Part shown: positions 9,522 through 19,497 of the stretch, piece after piece
How the letters are laid out: each line of letters opens with the position of its first letter
How positions within the stretch are numbered: the first letter of the stretch is position 1
Assembly (NCBI GenBank): GCA_016705955.1
Contig: JADJKO010000007.1
Location: 128,944-192,943, forward strand
Length of the DNA: 64,000 bases
Source of the DNA: Flavobacteriales bacterium
GTDB lineage: Bacteria; Bacteroidota; Bacteroidia; Flavobacteriales_F; PHOS-HE28
Reading direction: 5' to 3'
Position numbers and translations under genes: made by a program
The notes under the pieces: generated by a model
Told to the model about the DNA's origin: nothing
Databases searched by the model: none
Seen by the model: only the letters and a program-made list of their open reading frames with translations

Positions 9522-11387
9522 CTATCGCAGGATGGTGAGATGACCGGAATACTCCCTTCCATCATCCATCTGGAGCACATAGAAGTAGGTCCCATCCGGA
9601 AGGCCAGCACCATCCCATTGGTTCTTGTAGTTGGTCACTTCGTACACCTTGTTCCCCCAACGACTGTAGATGGTGAGTTGGTTGTGATAGAACTCAACGT
9701 TTGTGATGTGGAAGGTCTCGTTCGTGCCGTCGCTGTTCGGGCTGAAGACGTTCGGGATCACGATATCGCCGCCCAATACCTGATAGTCCTGACTTGTCGC
9801 ATCGGTGCATCCATCGGCCGTGGTCACTTGCAGGGTGATGGTGTAGGTACCCGGCCAGGAAGTATTCCAAGTGATGAAGGGCGCGGAGGCGCCGAGGGGA
9901 TCACTATCCAATGTCCAATCCCATGTGACGAATGTTCCACCGTTGCCATTGCTCGCATCCGTCAGGTCGACCACGGTGCCCACGTACTGCGGGGAGATCG
10001 GGTTCGCATTGAACGCCGCGACAGGCAACGCGTAGTTCGTGACGAAGTCGGTGTACGAATTCGTGCAGCCATTCTCAGCCACCAATAAGGAGAACTCGTG
10101 AACGCCCGGCCCCGCGAACTGTGCGGTGACGATGCTATCGGAGGAACTCTGCGGGACGCTGCCGGCCCCGAGGATCCATTGCAGCGATGCACCCGCCCCG
10201 AACATCCCCTCCGCCACCAAGGTCACGGGGTCATTGCCACAGAATGGCTCCGGCGGCACCACGAATGGTTCCGGTGTCAAGTACACTTGGTAGGGGGTCT
10301 GCACCGTATCCGCACAGGTCGTTCCGGGATTCGCGATCTGCGTGATCACATAGGTCCCTTGGTTCTGGTACGTCCAGGTCGGGTTCTGCTCCGAGCTGAC
10401 ATCATCCACCACATCGGGATCCCCGAAATCCCACGCCCAGGTCTGCGCTCCGAAGCTGGTGTTCACGAAGGGCATGGTCAGACCAGAACACAGCAGACTT
10501 GGAGGTTGTGGTTGTATCCCTGCGACCACCGAAGCATCGCATGGCACCACTTTGAAAAGGAAATCACGACGCGTTTCCGTCAGAAGAACCCCATCGCGAT
10601 ACTCCTTCACGCAAACACCCACGGTGAAGCTGCCTTGCAAGGTGGGTGTCAGCGTGAGTTGCCCGGTCACAGGATCGATCGCGATGGCAGGATCGGAATC
10701 GATGGGATACGTCTCGGAATATCCAGCTGCCCATGGTAAGAATGAATAAGGCGGGGCCGATGGAGGATTCGGTTGCGGATCGAGCGAGGTGCCACCATTG
10801 TATGGTGTACACAGTTCGTAGGTCAAGGAGTCGCCGTCGGGATCAAAAGCACTGTGGTCGAAGATCAATGGGGCATTCAAGCACAGCGCGACAGGCGGCA
10901 ACTCGTTGAACCGCGCAGAACTGTTGGAAACGATACCTGAACCGGGGATCCGCATGGTCACAGTAAGACCCAGATCTCCCGGGGTGATCAGGTTACTGAT
11001 GATCGCGGTCCGGCAACAGCGCTGGTAGGTGAGTTGATAACCATCAGCCGTAGGAGGCAGGTCGAAGATGCCTGTATAGGAGGTGGTCTCCACACACACA
11101 TCGGGTGGAAGCGTGAGGCAGGGTGAATCCAACGTGATCGGGATGAACGACCCACCGGGAAAGCTGAGCGATTGGGTGTAGAGCAGGCCGCCTTGGCCGT
11201 CGAACACGCCGATGACCGCGCTCGCGTCGAACGCGATACCAGTACAGTCCCGATAGAGCTTCAGGGTGACCTGGTACTGGCTTCCGCCCAAGTGATCGTA
11301 GTAGAATTCTCCGCCGATGATGTGGGTGGCGTTCAACTGGGACGCACCCAAGAGTGTGGTAACCAACAAGGTCAAGCGCGACATCAT
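9522..11387 (-). CDS. paralogous secreted PKD-domain protein with T9SS type-B C-terminal sorting domain
   Basis: Same N-terminal Cys-rich module (THIIGGEFYYDHLGGSQYQVTLKLYRDC...RCCR...GVCV...PCDAS). PKD motif WDFGD. C-terminus FSPNSDGTNETF...HLTILR. The likely start is the Met before signal peptide MMSRLTLLVTTLLGASQLNA. The upstream in-frame extension to 11483 is probably not translated. Confidence 0.75.
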   Translation of the reverse strand: MMSRLTLLVTTLLGASQLNATHIIGGEFYYDHLGGSQYQVTLKLYRDCTGIAFDASAVIGVFDGQGGLLYTQSLSFPGGSFIPITLDSPCLTLPPDVCVETTSYTGIFDLPPTADGYQLTYQRCCRTAIISNLITPGDLGLTVTMRIPGSGIVSNSSARFNELPPVALCLNAPLIFDHSAFDPDGDSLTYELCTPYNGGTSLDPQPNPPSAPPYSFLPWAAGYSETYPIDSDPAIAIDPVTGQLTLTPTLQGSFTVGVCVKEYRDGVLLTETRRDFLFKVVPCDASVVAGIQPQPPSLLCSGLTMPFVNTSFGAQTWAWDFGDPDVVDDVSSEQNPTWTYQNQGTYVITQIANPGTTCADTVQTPYQVYLTPEPFVVPPEPFCGNDPVTLVAEGMFGAGASLQWILGAGSVPQSSSDSIVTAQFAGPGVHEFSLLVAENGCTNSYTDFVTNYALPVAAFNANPISPQYVGTVVDLTDASNGNGGTFVTWDWTLDSDPLGASAPFITWNTSWPGTYTITLQVTTADGCTDATSQDYQVLGGDIVIPNVFSPNSDGTNETFHITNVEFYHNQLTIYSRWGNKVYEVTNYKNQWDGAGLPDGTYFYVLQMDDGREYSGHLTILR

Positions 11388-11729
11388 GTTCCTTCGACCG
11401 GTTCGGGGGGATGGAAGTTGCCTGTATGTCATGGACCCGGGTCGAGTGTGAAAGTAGCGGTTCACGGACATATGGTTTCCCACTCACCGACCGAAATAGG
11501 AAGATAGCGGCCTTGGTCGCCATCGATCATCTGAGCCACCCGGAGTTGTTCCGGGTACGCCTTTGCCAGGACCTCGTGGATCACGGAACGCCCACCGACC
11601 ACTTGGACCTCGGTGAATCGGCCCGGTCCGTCGATCCGGTAGTAATGCGGTGCTCCGTTCAATCGGCGGTAGACCGGAAACCCTTCCCGGGATCCTGCAA
11701 CGGCGTGCGAATTATCTTCCCCCTCTTCC

Positions 11730-14456
11730 ATGGCGCGCTTCCTGAAACAATTGGCCGACACCCTGTTGGCGCGCCATCGCGACGAATTGGAGCATGTCGC
11801 GGTAGTGCTACCCGGTCGGAGGGCCGGCTTGTACCTGCGAAAGTATCTGGCAGAAGCTTCCGGCACCGCGTTGTGGAGTCCGGAGATCATGGATCCCGGC
11901 GAATTCCTCTTGCGCATTGCGGGGCTTCGAGAGGCGGATCCAATTGAGATCCTTGTGCTCCTGCACCGCGCACACTGCGATCTGTCCGGTGCCGATGCGG
12001 AGTCCTTGGCCGAATTCCTGCGGTGGGCGCCGACCACGTTGCGCGATATGAGCGAGATCGATGCGCACCTGCTTGATCTCGATGACGTGTACCGGGACCT
12101 GCTGGCGTACCACGAACTGGACGACTGGAGTTTTCTGGCGAGCAAGGAACTCAGTCCATCGCAACGATCGGCACGGGAGCAATGGGTGCGCCTAGGGCAA
12201 TTGCATCGCAGGATGAACGAGCTGATGACCGAAAGAGGCATCGGCACATCCGGTTCGATCGCGCGCTTGGCTGCGGAACGCGCTGCGAATGCGGATCTTC
12301 AGCTCCCGTGGCGGCATGTGTGGGCGGCTGGCCTGAACGCACTGGAACCCGCTGCGGTAGCGACCTTCCGGTCACTCTCCGGGAAAGGCCTTGCCAACTT
12401 CGCATGGGATGTGGATTCCTATTACCTCGCTGACCAGGAGCACGAGGCTGGGAAATTCGTCCGACCATCCATGCATGTCCTTGGCGCTGGATCGATACCG
12501 GTGCGAAATGACATTCTTGAGCACCAGCGAGAGATCGACGTCGTGACCGTAGCGCATGACATGGCGGCGGTGCATGTGGCTGCCGCGTGGATCAAGGACC
12601 TGACCGACGCACAACGAAAGGATGCGGTCCTGATCCTGGCGGATGAGAACCTCATTCTGCCATTGCTGAACGCGCTACCCGAGGACTCCGGAACGGTGAA
12701 TGTGACCATGGGTATCCGGTTGGATACGCTACCGGTCCATGGCCTGGTGGAGCGTTTTCTTCAACTGGCCATTGTAGCTCGTGGGATGGGCGCCGTTCCG
12801 CTAAGGGAACTCGCTTCGTTGGTGATGCATCCGCTGCTGAACCGCGGGGCTGCTACCGATAGCGTGGTGGAGATCCTGAACGGGATCACCGACGCATCGA
12901 TCTCCATTCCGCGGTTGGAACAATTCCTGAGCGACGCATCCATTGATGATCGTGGGCACATCATGAATGTGGTGCAGGCTGCCTTGCACGAAGAGCCTTC
13001 GCTCGGGGTCCAAGCGGTGATCGCATGGGCCGCATCCGTCCAACGCGGTGATCGCCTCGGAACCGAACAACTGTATCAACTCGCCAAGGCGGAACAGGAA
13101 CTTTCCCGATCGCTGGTGGTCAATGGCCGGAACTCCGTGGATCCCGCGACCTATGCCGCGATCCGGGAACGTGCGCTGCGCGGTCGTCGCTTGGCGCTCT
13201 TTGGCGAACCCTTGGCAGGCTTGCAGATCATGGGACTGCTCGAGACACGTGCACTCGACCACGCGCATGTATTCATACTCGGTGCCAATGAAGGCGTGCT
13301 GGGCGGAAGCGAGCCGCCACAGAGTTGGATCCCCTTCGAACTTCGCAGGCATTATCATCTTCCGCTTCGGGCGGATGGTGAGGCCATCACGAGTTATCAC
13401 GTTCACCGGCTGCTTCATTGTGCAGAACGGGTTTGCCTGGTCCACTCCACCGGTGCCGATGGATCCGCAGCACCCACGCGCTTCATCGCCCAATGGGAAC
13501 ATGACCTTGTTCCGATCGGTCACACGGTGATCGGCCATCGATCGCTTCATGTTCCGCCTTCCGATCGGAGAAGTCCATCGATCAGTGTACGGAAGAGTGA
13601 TCCGGTAGTGGAGCGCTTGGACGTATTGCGGAAGAAAGGCCTTTCACCTTCTGCCATCGGAACCTGGTTGCAATGTCCGCTGGACTTCTACTTCAAGTAT
13701 GTTCTTGGCTTGAAGGACACGAACAAGCAAACGACCGAACTGGGGAGTGACGTTCTCGGGAGCGCGGTCCATGCCGTTCTGGAACGCGCGTACAAGCCAG
13801 CCTTGGGAAAGGTGCTGCGCGCGGAGGATCTGCTTGCAGCGAGTAGCAGGATCAAGGCGGAACTCCTGTTGGAATTGAGCAAGGAGATCCCTCCTTCGAT
13901 GCTCCGCACCGGCGATCATCACTTACGGATGGGTATGGCAACCGACGCCTTGAACCGGTATCTGCGGACCGAAGCGGTACGTGTGGACCAAGAGGTCAGC
14001 GTTCCGGTAGGCCTTGAAAAAGTACTGAACGGTGTTCTTCCCGATGGCACATGCATCAATGGCAAGTGCGACCGTATGGAAACGCGTAATGGCGTACTAC
14101 ACCTGCTGGACCTGAAGACGGGCAGTGTTCGACAAGCGGATCTGAAGCTAGCAGAATTGGATCGGGGATCGATCCAACGGAAACACCGGTACGCGCTGCA
14201 ACTCTTGATGTACGCATACATGGTCTTCCAAGAGAACGCCGACCTACGCTCCCTTCGGACCGGGATCATCCCTTTGCGGACTCCTTCCGGATCGTCCGGG
14301 ATCTGGTTGACCGTGGAAGGCTCGAACCTGCTCCTGCGCGAACAGCTCGACCGGATCGGCGAAGTGATCCAGCAATTGGTCGCAGAGATCATGGATCCGG
14401 CAACGGCTTTCCAGCACGACCCGGAGAGCGAGTGGTGTACCTATTGTGTGCCCTGA
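11730..14456 (+). CDS. AddB-like PD-(D/E)XK nuclease family protein (partner of the AddA-like helicase)
   Basis: 908 aa. C-terminal nuclease motif (VLHLLDLKTGS). Terminal Cys pairs (CINGKC ... CTYC) are consistent with an AddB-type Fe-S/nuclease domain. Confidence 0.75.
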   Translation: MARFLKQLADTLLARHRDELEHVAVVLPGRRAGLYLRKYLAEASGTALWSPEIMDPGEFLLRIAGLREADPIEILVLLHRAHCDLSGADAESLAEFLRWAPTTLRDMSEIDAHLLDLDDVYRDLLAYHELDDWSFLASKELSPSQRSAREQWVRLGQLHRRMNELMTERGIGTSGSIARLAAERAANADLQLPWRHVWAAGLNALEPAAVATFRSLSGKGLANFAWDVDSYYLADQEHEAGKFVRPSMHVLGAGSIPVRNDILEHQREIDVVTVAHDMAAVHVAAAWIKDLTDAQRKDAVLILADENLILPLLNALPEDSGTVNVTMGIRLDTLPVHGLVERFLQLAIVARGMGAVPLRELASLVMHPLLNRGAATDSVVEILNGITDASISIPRLEQFLSDASIDDRGHIMNVVQAALHEEPSLGVQAVIAWAASVQRGDRLGTEQLYQLAKAEQELSRSLVVNGRNSVDPATYAAIRERALRGRRLALFGEPLAGLQIMGLLETRALDHAHVFILGANEGVLGGSEPPQSWIPFELRRHYHLPLRADGEAITSYHVHRLLHCAERVCLVHSTGADGSAAPTRFIAQWEHDLVPIGHTVIGHRSLHVPPSDRRSPSISVRKSDPVVERLDVLRKKGLSPSAIGTWLQCPLDFYFKYVLGLKDTNKQTTELGSDVLGSAVHAVLERAYKPALGKVLRAEDLLAASSRIKAELLLELSKEIPPSMLRTGDHHLRMGMATDALNRYLRTEAVRVDQEVSVPVGLEKVLNGVLPDGTCINGKCDRMETRNGVLHLLDLKTGSVRQADLKLAELDRGSIQRKHRYALQLLMYAYMVFQENADLRSLRTGIIPLRTPSGSSGIWLTVEGSNLLLREQLDRIGEVIQQLVAEIMDPATAFQHDPESEWCTYCVP

Positions 14457-14462
14457 AAAGAG

Positions 14463-14484
14463 AAAGGGGGCCGAAGCCCCCTTT
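14463..14484. terminator. bidirectional hairpin between convergent genes
   Basis: A perfect 9-bp inverted repeat, AAAGGGGGC-cgaa-GCCCCCTTT, lies between the AddB-like stop (14456) and the convergent T9SS gene stop (14505). Confidence 0.5.
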
Positions 14485-14504
14485 CAACGATCATTCGATC
14501 CCGA

Positions 14505-15281
14505 TCAACGGAACGCGATCTTGTAGGAGGTCGTTTCGCCGTTCCGCTTCAGCTTGAGGTAGTACACCCCGCTGCCCATGGAGGTGAGATCCATCTCCTT
14601 TCGGTAGGTGCCTTGGAAGTCACGGACTGTCTCATTGAACACCGCCTGACCAAGTGTATTGATGATCTCGACGGTCACATCGGTCGGGGTGCTGTTCGAG
14701 AACTGGAAGGTGAAGACCCCGTTGTTCGGGTTCGGCTGGATGATCACGCTACCATCCTCTTCTGCGGTAGCAAGACCCTTGAAGATGATACCGGTGCGAT
14801 CAAGGCCGCCGAGCGATACGTAGTAGTTGCCGTTGTTGGCCGTCTGGTTCGTCCACGCATCGTTCATCAATTCGAATTCACCCTTACCCGTCACCGGGAT
14901 CGAGGCGATCACCACTTCCTTACCGGCCTCCATGCGCGCATCCAGATCCACCAATGGGGTGATCCCGAAACCGGCGTACACCTGATAATTGAATGCGCCA
15001 TCCACGTGAACACCACCGGAGCGGACAACAGGAATGCCGGTGGCCATGGCACCTTCTTGAGCTATCGTGCCCAAGTTGGCTCCCGAGGAGCGATCCCAAC
15101 GCACAGTGAAGACCAAGCTGGAGAAAATACCATTGAAGTTGGCCGCTGGCCGGGCCCGTACTTCCAACTGGTCGCCATTGCGGTACAATCCAACATCCAC
15201 TTGATCCTGTGCCGACACGGCCGCAGGTACCAACATGGCGCTCGTGATGAGCAATGATCCGAGTGTATTCGAAGGTTTCAT
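14505..15281 (-). CDS. small secreted protein with T9SS type-A C-terminal sorting domain
   Basis: Signal peptide. C-terminal NPNNGVFTFQF...GVYYLKLK...YKIAFR matches the Por secretion tail (type A). Confidence 0.7.
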   Translation of the reverse strand: MKPSNTLGSLLITSAMLVPAAVSAQDQVDVGLYRNGDQLEVRARPAANFNGIFSSLVFTVRWDRSSGANLGTIAQEGAMATGIPVVRSGGVHVDGAFNYQVYAGFGITPLVDLDARMEAGKEVVIASIPVTGKGEFELMNDAWTNQTANNGNYYVSLGGLDRTGIIFKGLATAEEDGSVIIQPNPNNGVFTFQFSNSTPTDVTVEIINTLGQAVFNETVRDFQGTYRKEMDLTSMGSGVYYLKLKRNGETTSYKIAFR

Positions 15282-15545
15282 GGTGTTCTTGTTTTATGCC
15301 TGACCACAAACTTCCATGATCGAGCCGCCGCAAGATAGACCTACCTAATGGTAAAGTGCAACACCCTTTATCCACCGGGTTCCGTGCGTTACAAACCACC
15401 CGGAAACCGAACAGGGGCCCCGGATGGGACCCCTGCGCGGTAAACCTGCAAGGAATGATTGGAACCAGCCCAAGACCAGGAAGAGGGCCTTGGTTGAGGG
15501 AAAGACGGCAGGGTGGGAAATGGGTTGCCAGTCACCCGAAAAAAT

Positions 15546-16241
15546 TCATGGAACGAACTTATACCCCACGCCACGAATGCTGAGAAAGTGCCTAGGCGAC
15601 CGGGGATCCCGTTCAAAATACTTCCGGAAGGCCACAATGAAATTATCCACCGTCCGGGTGGTCGGGAACACGTTGTAGCCCCACACTTTCTGTAGGATCT
15701 CCTCCCGGGAGACCACTTGCCCGGACTTCTCCACGAGCAGCCTCAAGAGCATGGCTTCACGCTGGCTCAACGCATGCGTTCTTCCGTTCCAACCGATGGC
15801 CTCGAAGCGTCCGAAGTCCAGCCTGTTCTCTTGAAAGGTGAATATCAATTGCTCTTCCGCATGACCCGGATCCACGATCCGGCGTTGGATGAGTTTTCCC
15901 ACCCGTAGCCGCAATTCGTCCAGTTCAAAGGGTTTCCCGAGGTGATCATCACCAGCGGTGAGGCTGCGGACGCGATCGGACGGGGCATTCCGGGCGGTGA
16001 GGAAGAGCACGGGGGTAGTGTCCCCTTCCAACCGAACGGTCTCCACCACTGCATAGCCATCCAGACCGGGAAGCATCACATCCATCACCACTAGATCGAA
16101 TCGCGCACCGCGCATGCGTTCAAGCGCCTCGGGGCCTGTGGATGCCGTGGTCACGGCGTAGTCATCCATCTCGAAGTTCAGCTTCAACGTGCTGCGCAAC
16201 GAGGATTCATCCTCCACCAACAGGATACGCCTCTTTTCCAT
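15546..16241 (-). CDS. OmpR-family response regulator (receiver plus winged-helix DNA-binding domain)
   Basis: Receiver motifs (LLVEDE, DLVVMDVMLPGLDG, T/K positions). C-terminal trans_reg_C (RTVDNFIVAFRKY...GVGYKF). Confidence 0.85.
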   Translation of the reverse strand: MEKRRILLVEDESSLRSTLKLNFEMDDYAVTTASTGPEALERMRGARFDLVVMDVMLPGLDGYAVVETVRLEGDTTPVLFLTARNAPSDRVRSLTAGDDHLGKPFELDELRLRVGKLIQRRIVDPGHAEEQLIFTFQENRLDFGRFEAIGWNGRTHALSQREAMLLRLLVEKSGQVVSREEILQKVWGYNVFPTTRTVDNFIVAFRKYFERDPRSPRHFLSIRGVGYKFVP

Positions 16242-16290
16242 GGTCGGTGCAAAGATGGCCTGCGGCTACTTTTGGCGGCATAGCCTCCTT

Positions 16291-16710
16291 ATGTCCTTCA
16301 TCTCTTCCCAAGCCGACCAAGCCAATGCCATGTGCCCACGCACCCTGGTCGAACATATCGGAATCCGGTTCCACGTGGATGACAAGGGTCGATTCTGCGG
16401 AACGATGCCGGTGGACGAGCGCACTCACCAAGCTGCAGGGCTGTTGCATGGCGGGGCCACTGCCGTGCTGGCCGAGTCGCTGGGAAGCATGGGCTCTGCA
16501 TTGCTCACCGACCTTGCAACGTGCACAGTGGTAGGGATCGAAGTACACGTGAACCATTTGAAGGGAGTGCGTTCCGGAACGGTAGTCGCCACGGGTGAAC
16601 TGGTCCACACGGGACGTACCATGCATGTGTGGGATATCCGGGTACACAATGATGCAGGCGAATTGTGTGCGGTCTGTCGGCTCACGAACCTGATCATCGA
16701 GCGAAAGTGA
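16291..16710 (+). CDS. PaaI/YdiI-type hotdog-fold thioesterase, probable 1,4-dihydroxy-2-naphthoyl-CoA hydrolase (MenI-like)
   Basis: Hotdog thioesterase core (GLLHGGATAVLAESLGS). It is first in the men operon, so the MenI role is by context. Start chosen at the MSFISS Met; in-frame upstream alternatives exist. Confidence 0.65.
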   Translation: MSFISSQADQANAMCPRTLVEHIGIRFHVDDKGRFCGTMPVDERTHQAAGLLHGGATAVLAESLGSMGSALLTDLATCTVVGIEVHVNHLKGVRSGTVVATGELVHTGRTMHVWDIRVHNDAGELCAVCRLTNLIIERK

Positions 16711-17798
16711 GTGCCGCTGAGTTGCTGGGACACTGTCTGGAGCGCAACCTGACGTTCGCGGCCTATCGTTCGCCCGGTCAAGCGAGCACCGTCCTTATCC
16801 AACGTGATCCAGAGACTTCGGAACATCGCGGTGGAAGTGGAAAGGCATTCGTGGTATCCCCGTTCGATCGATCCAAAGGTCCGGTGATCGCCATTCGGCC
16901 GGATCTGGTCTGGAAGGAGGACGGGATCGATCGCTTCGATCCACTCGCTTTGGCTCTGTTCACCGGGAACGCGCCGGTGGAAACCGATGATGTGGACCAT
17001 GAATGGGATCGGCCGGGGTTCGCGTATGCTGTCGAACGAGCGAAAGAAGCTTTTACCAAGGGCACATTGGAAAAAGTGGTCCTGTCGCGGAAGGTCCTTC
17101 GGGCTTTAGGATCCGGCGCCATCCCCGCCTTGTTCAAGTCCGCGACCGAGGCCTTTCCGAAAGCAATGGTCGCACTGGTGAATTGTCCGTTGTACGGTTG
17201 TTGGATCGGTGCGAGTCCGGAAGGAATGCTCTCCAGCAACAACGGAGTGGTCCGGATCGATTCGCTGGCAGGAACGCAGCCAAGTGATGATGCTCAGGAG
17301 AACCTCTCTGATTGGGGAGAAAAGGAACGGGAGGAACAAGCGATCGTGACCCGCAGCATCCTTCGCTCACTGGAGCGCCCGGATGTGCGGAATGTGCGTT
17401 CCGAAGAACCCGAAGTGATCCACGCCGGAGGCGTTGCGCACTTGCGCACTGTTATCACCGCGGAGATCGGATCCACGGATCCGATCTCCTTGGCGAATGC
17501 GCTCCACCCGACACCAGCCGTTTGTGGAGAACCACGCCACGAAGCGATGGAATTCATTCGTGGGCACGAACCTTCTTCCCGTTCACTGTACGCCGGCTAT
17601 TGGGGACCGGTGGATACGGACGGTTCCGCCGACCTTTTCGTGAACATCCGTTGCATGCGGATCAGTGGTAACCGCGGCGTGATCCACGCTGGAGCAGGGA
17701 TCACCTCCGGATCGGATGCCGAGGCCGAGTGGAACGAAACGGTATTGAAGGCTCGCACATGGTCCGACCTGATCGAAGCGCAACGCACGGTCCGATAG
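16707..17798 (+). CDS. menF: isochorismate synthase
   Basis: Chorismate-binding enzyme motifs (GASPE, PTPAVCG, YAGYWG, AGAGI). Probable GTG start overlapping the upstream stop (GTGA). An alternative ATG lies at 16665. Confidence 0.8.
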   Translation: MSAAELLGHCLERNLTFAAYRSPGQASTVLIQRDPETSEHRGGSGKAFVVSPFDRSKGPVIAIRPDLVWKEDGIDRFDPLALALFTGNAPVETDDVDHEWDRPGFAYAVERAKEAFTKGTLEKVVLSRKVLRALGSGAIPALFKSATEAFPKAMVALVNCPLYGCWIGASPEGMLSSNNGVVRIDSLAGTQPSDDAQENLSDWGEKEREEQAIVTRSILRSLERPDVRNVRSEEPEVIHAGGVAHLRTVITAEIGSTDPISLANALHPTPAVCGEPRHEAMEFIRGHEPSSRSLYAGYWGPVDTDGSADLFVNIRCMRISGNRGVIHAGAGITSGSDAEAEWNETVLKARTWSDLIEAQRTVR

Positions 17799-17814
17799 AT
17801 TTGGCCTCCCATTC

Positions 17815-19497
17815 ATGAAGACATCCGATCATTTCGCCGCAGCTGAACTCGCACGACTCTGTTCGGCCAAGGGAATTCGCTTTGCAGTGATCAGTCCGGG
17901 GTCACGGAATGCGCCGCTCGTGATCGCCTTCAACGCGCAACCCGCCATTCAGTGCCTGCAAGTCATTGATGAGCGCAGTGCTGCATTCTTCGCGTTGGGC
18001 ATGGCGCAACAACTGCATGCGCCGGTGGCCCTGATCTGCACCAGCGGCAGCGCGGTGTTGAACTACGGGCCGGCCATTGCTGAAGCGTTCTATCAACGGG
18101 TCCCTTTGTTGGTGATCTCCGCGGATCGGCCGGAAGAATGGTTGGACCAAGGTGAAGGACAAGCGATCCGGCAGCAGGGCGTGCTCGATCCGCATATGAA
18201 GCGAAGCGTGCAGCTTCCACGTGATCCGCACGACGACCTTTCGCGATGGCATTGCGGAAGGCTGATCAATGAAGCGATCGACGCCACGCTGCTTCCTGTT
18301 CCCGGACCCGTGCAGGTGAACGTGCCGTTCGCTGAGCCGCTCTATGGAACCACCGATACGATCGGCGCCTCCAACCTGATCGCCCCGGTGATGACCGAAT
18401 CCTTCATCCTTCCGGAACACGCGCGCTGGCTGATCGGACAATTGAGCGCATGCAAGAAAGTGATGATCCTTGCCGGGCAGGGACTCTGGAGTGAAGGATT
18501 GAAGAAGCAACTCGTGCATATCGCATCACTCCCGCAAGTGACGGTGATGACCGAGGCCACGAGCAACCTTGATGACCCGGCTTTCATCACCACCATCGAC
18601 CGCACGATCGAAGGCGTCGGGGACAGCAATGAGAACGATCTGAAGCCCGACCTGCTCATCACCTTCGGTGGGGCGATCGTCAGCAAACGGATCAAAGGAC
18701 TCCTGCGGAAGTGGAAGCCCAGCCAGCAGTGGAACGTGGACCTGGGCCAACGGCACTACGACACCTTCCAAAGCCTCACGCACGACATTGCGGTTTCGCC
18801 GGAGATCTTCTTCGCGCAACTGTCCTCATCGGTGATCGGCAATGACAGTATCTACGGAGAAGCGTGGCGCATGATCGATGATCGCATCGCGCGAAAGCAC
18901 GCGGAGTTGATCGCGTCGGCGCCGTTCTGTGACCTCACGGTCTTCGACACCCTCCTTAACGGCATTCCTTCCGGCAGTGATGTACACCTCGCGAACAGCA
19001 CGCCCGCGCGCTATGCGCAACTGCTCAACCGGACGCGTGAACACCGTTGGCACAGCAACCGGGGCACCAGCGGTATTGATGGTTGCACAAGCACCGCGAT
19101 CGGTGCAGCCTTCGCGACGCAGCGGCCTACCACGTTGATCACTGGCGATACCGCCTTCCTGTACGACAGCAACGCGTTCTGGAACGAGCACCTCTCCCCT
19201 CACCTGCGCGTCATCGTCTTTGATAACGGTGGCGGTAACATCTTCCGCTTCATTGAAGGGCCGGACAAGGATCCCGCTCTGCTCAAGTGGTTCGAAGCAC
19301 CGCACGGGCGGGATCCGCTGGCGCTCTCACGCTCGTTCGACCTACCGTGCTACGAGGCGAAGGATATGGCTTCCCTGAAGAGCGGGATCGAGCAACTCTA
19401 TCGCGATCACGAGAAACCTGCCGTGCTGGTGGTGCGCACAAGTGCGGAGGTGAGCCCGAAAGTGTTGCGGGAGTACTTCAAGAACTTGAAGGCGTGA
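17815..19497 (+). CDS. menD: 2-succinyl-5-enolpyruvyl-6-hydroxy-3-cyclohexene-1-carboxylate synthase (ThDP-dependent)
   Basis: MenD-like N-terminus (ISPGSRNAPL), ThDP-binding fold, ~560 aa, within the men operon. Confidence 0.85.
   Translation: MKTSDHFAAAELARLCSAKGIRFAVISPGSRNAPLVIAFNAQPAIQCLQVIDERSAAFFALGMAQQLHAPVALICTSGSAVLNYGPAIAEAFYQRVPLLVISADRPEEWLDQGEGQAIRQQGVLDPHMKRSVQLPRDPHDDLSRWHCGRLINEAIDATLLPVPGPVQVNVPFAEPLYGTTDTIGASNLIAPVMTESFILPEHARWLIGQLSACKKVMILAGQGLWSEGLKKQLVHIASLPQVTVMTEATSNLDDPAFITTIDRTIEGVGDSNENDLKPDLLITFGGAIVSKRIKGLLRKWKPSQQWNVDLGQRHYDTFQSLTHDIAVSPEIFFAQLSSSVIGNDSIYGEAWRMIDDRIARKHAELIASAPFCDLTVFDTLLNGIPSGSDVHLANSTPARYAQLLNRTREHRWHSNRGTSGIDGCTSTAIGAAFATQRPTTLITGDTAFLYDSNAFWNEHLSPHLRVIVFDNGGGNIFRFIEGPDKDPALLKWFEAPHGRDPLALSRSFDLPCYEAKDMASLKSGIEQLYRDHEKPAVLVVRTSAEVSPKVLREYFKNLKA

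Noticed and set aside
11462-11731. An 89-codon ORF divergent from the AddB-like gene whose ATG overlaps the AddB-like ATG in a CCATGG palindrome.
   Set aside because: It has no recognisable motifs and no independent promoter space. The longer 261-aa version runs antisense through the AddB-like gene. It is probably a chance ORF, kept only as a low-priority candidate.
15412-15437. An imperfect GC-rich palindrome (CAGGGGCCCC-ggat-GGGACCCCTG) in the 264-bp spacer downstream of the response regulator gene.
   Set aside because: It could be a terminator for the regulator gene, but it has one mismatch and no flanking T-run. I scanned the spacer for tRNA-like T-loop/acceptor features and found none.
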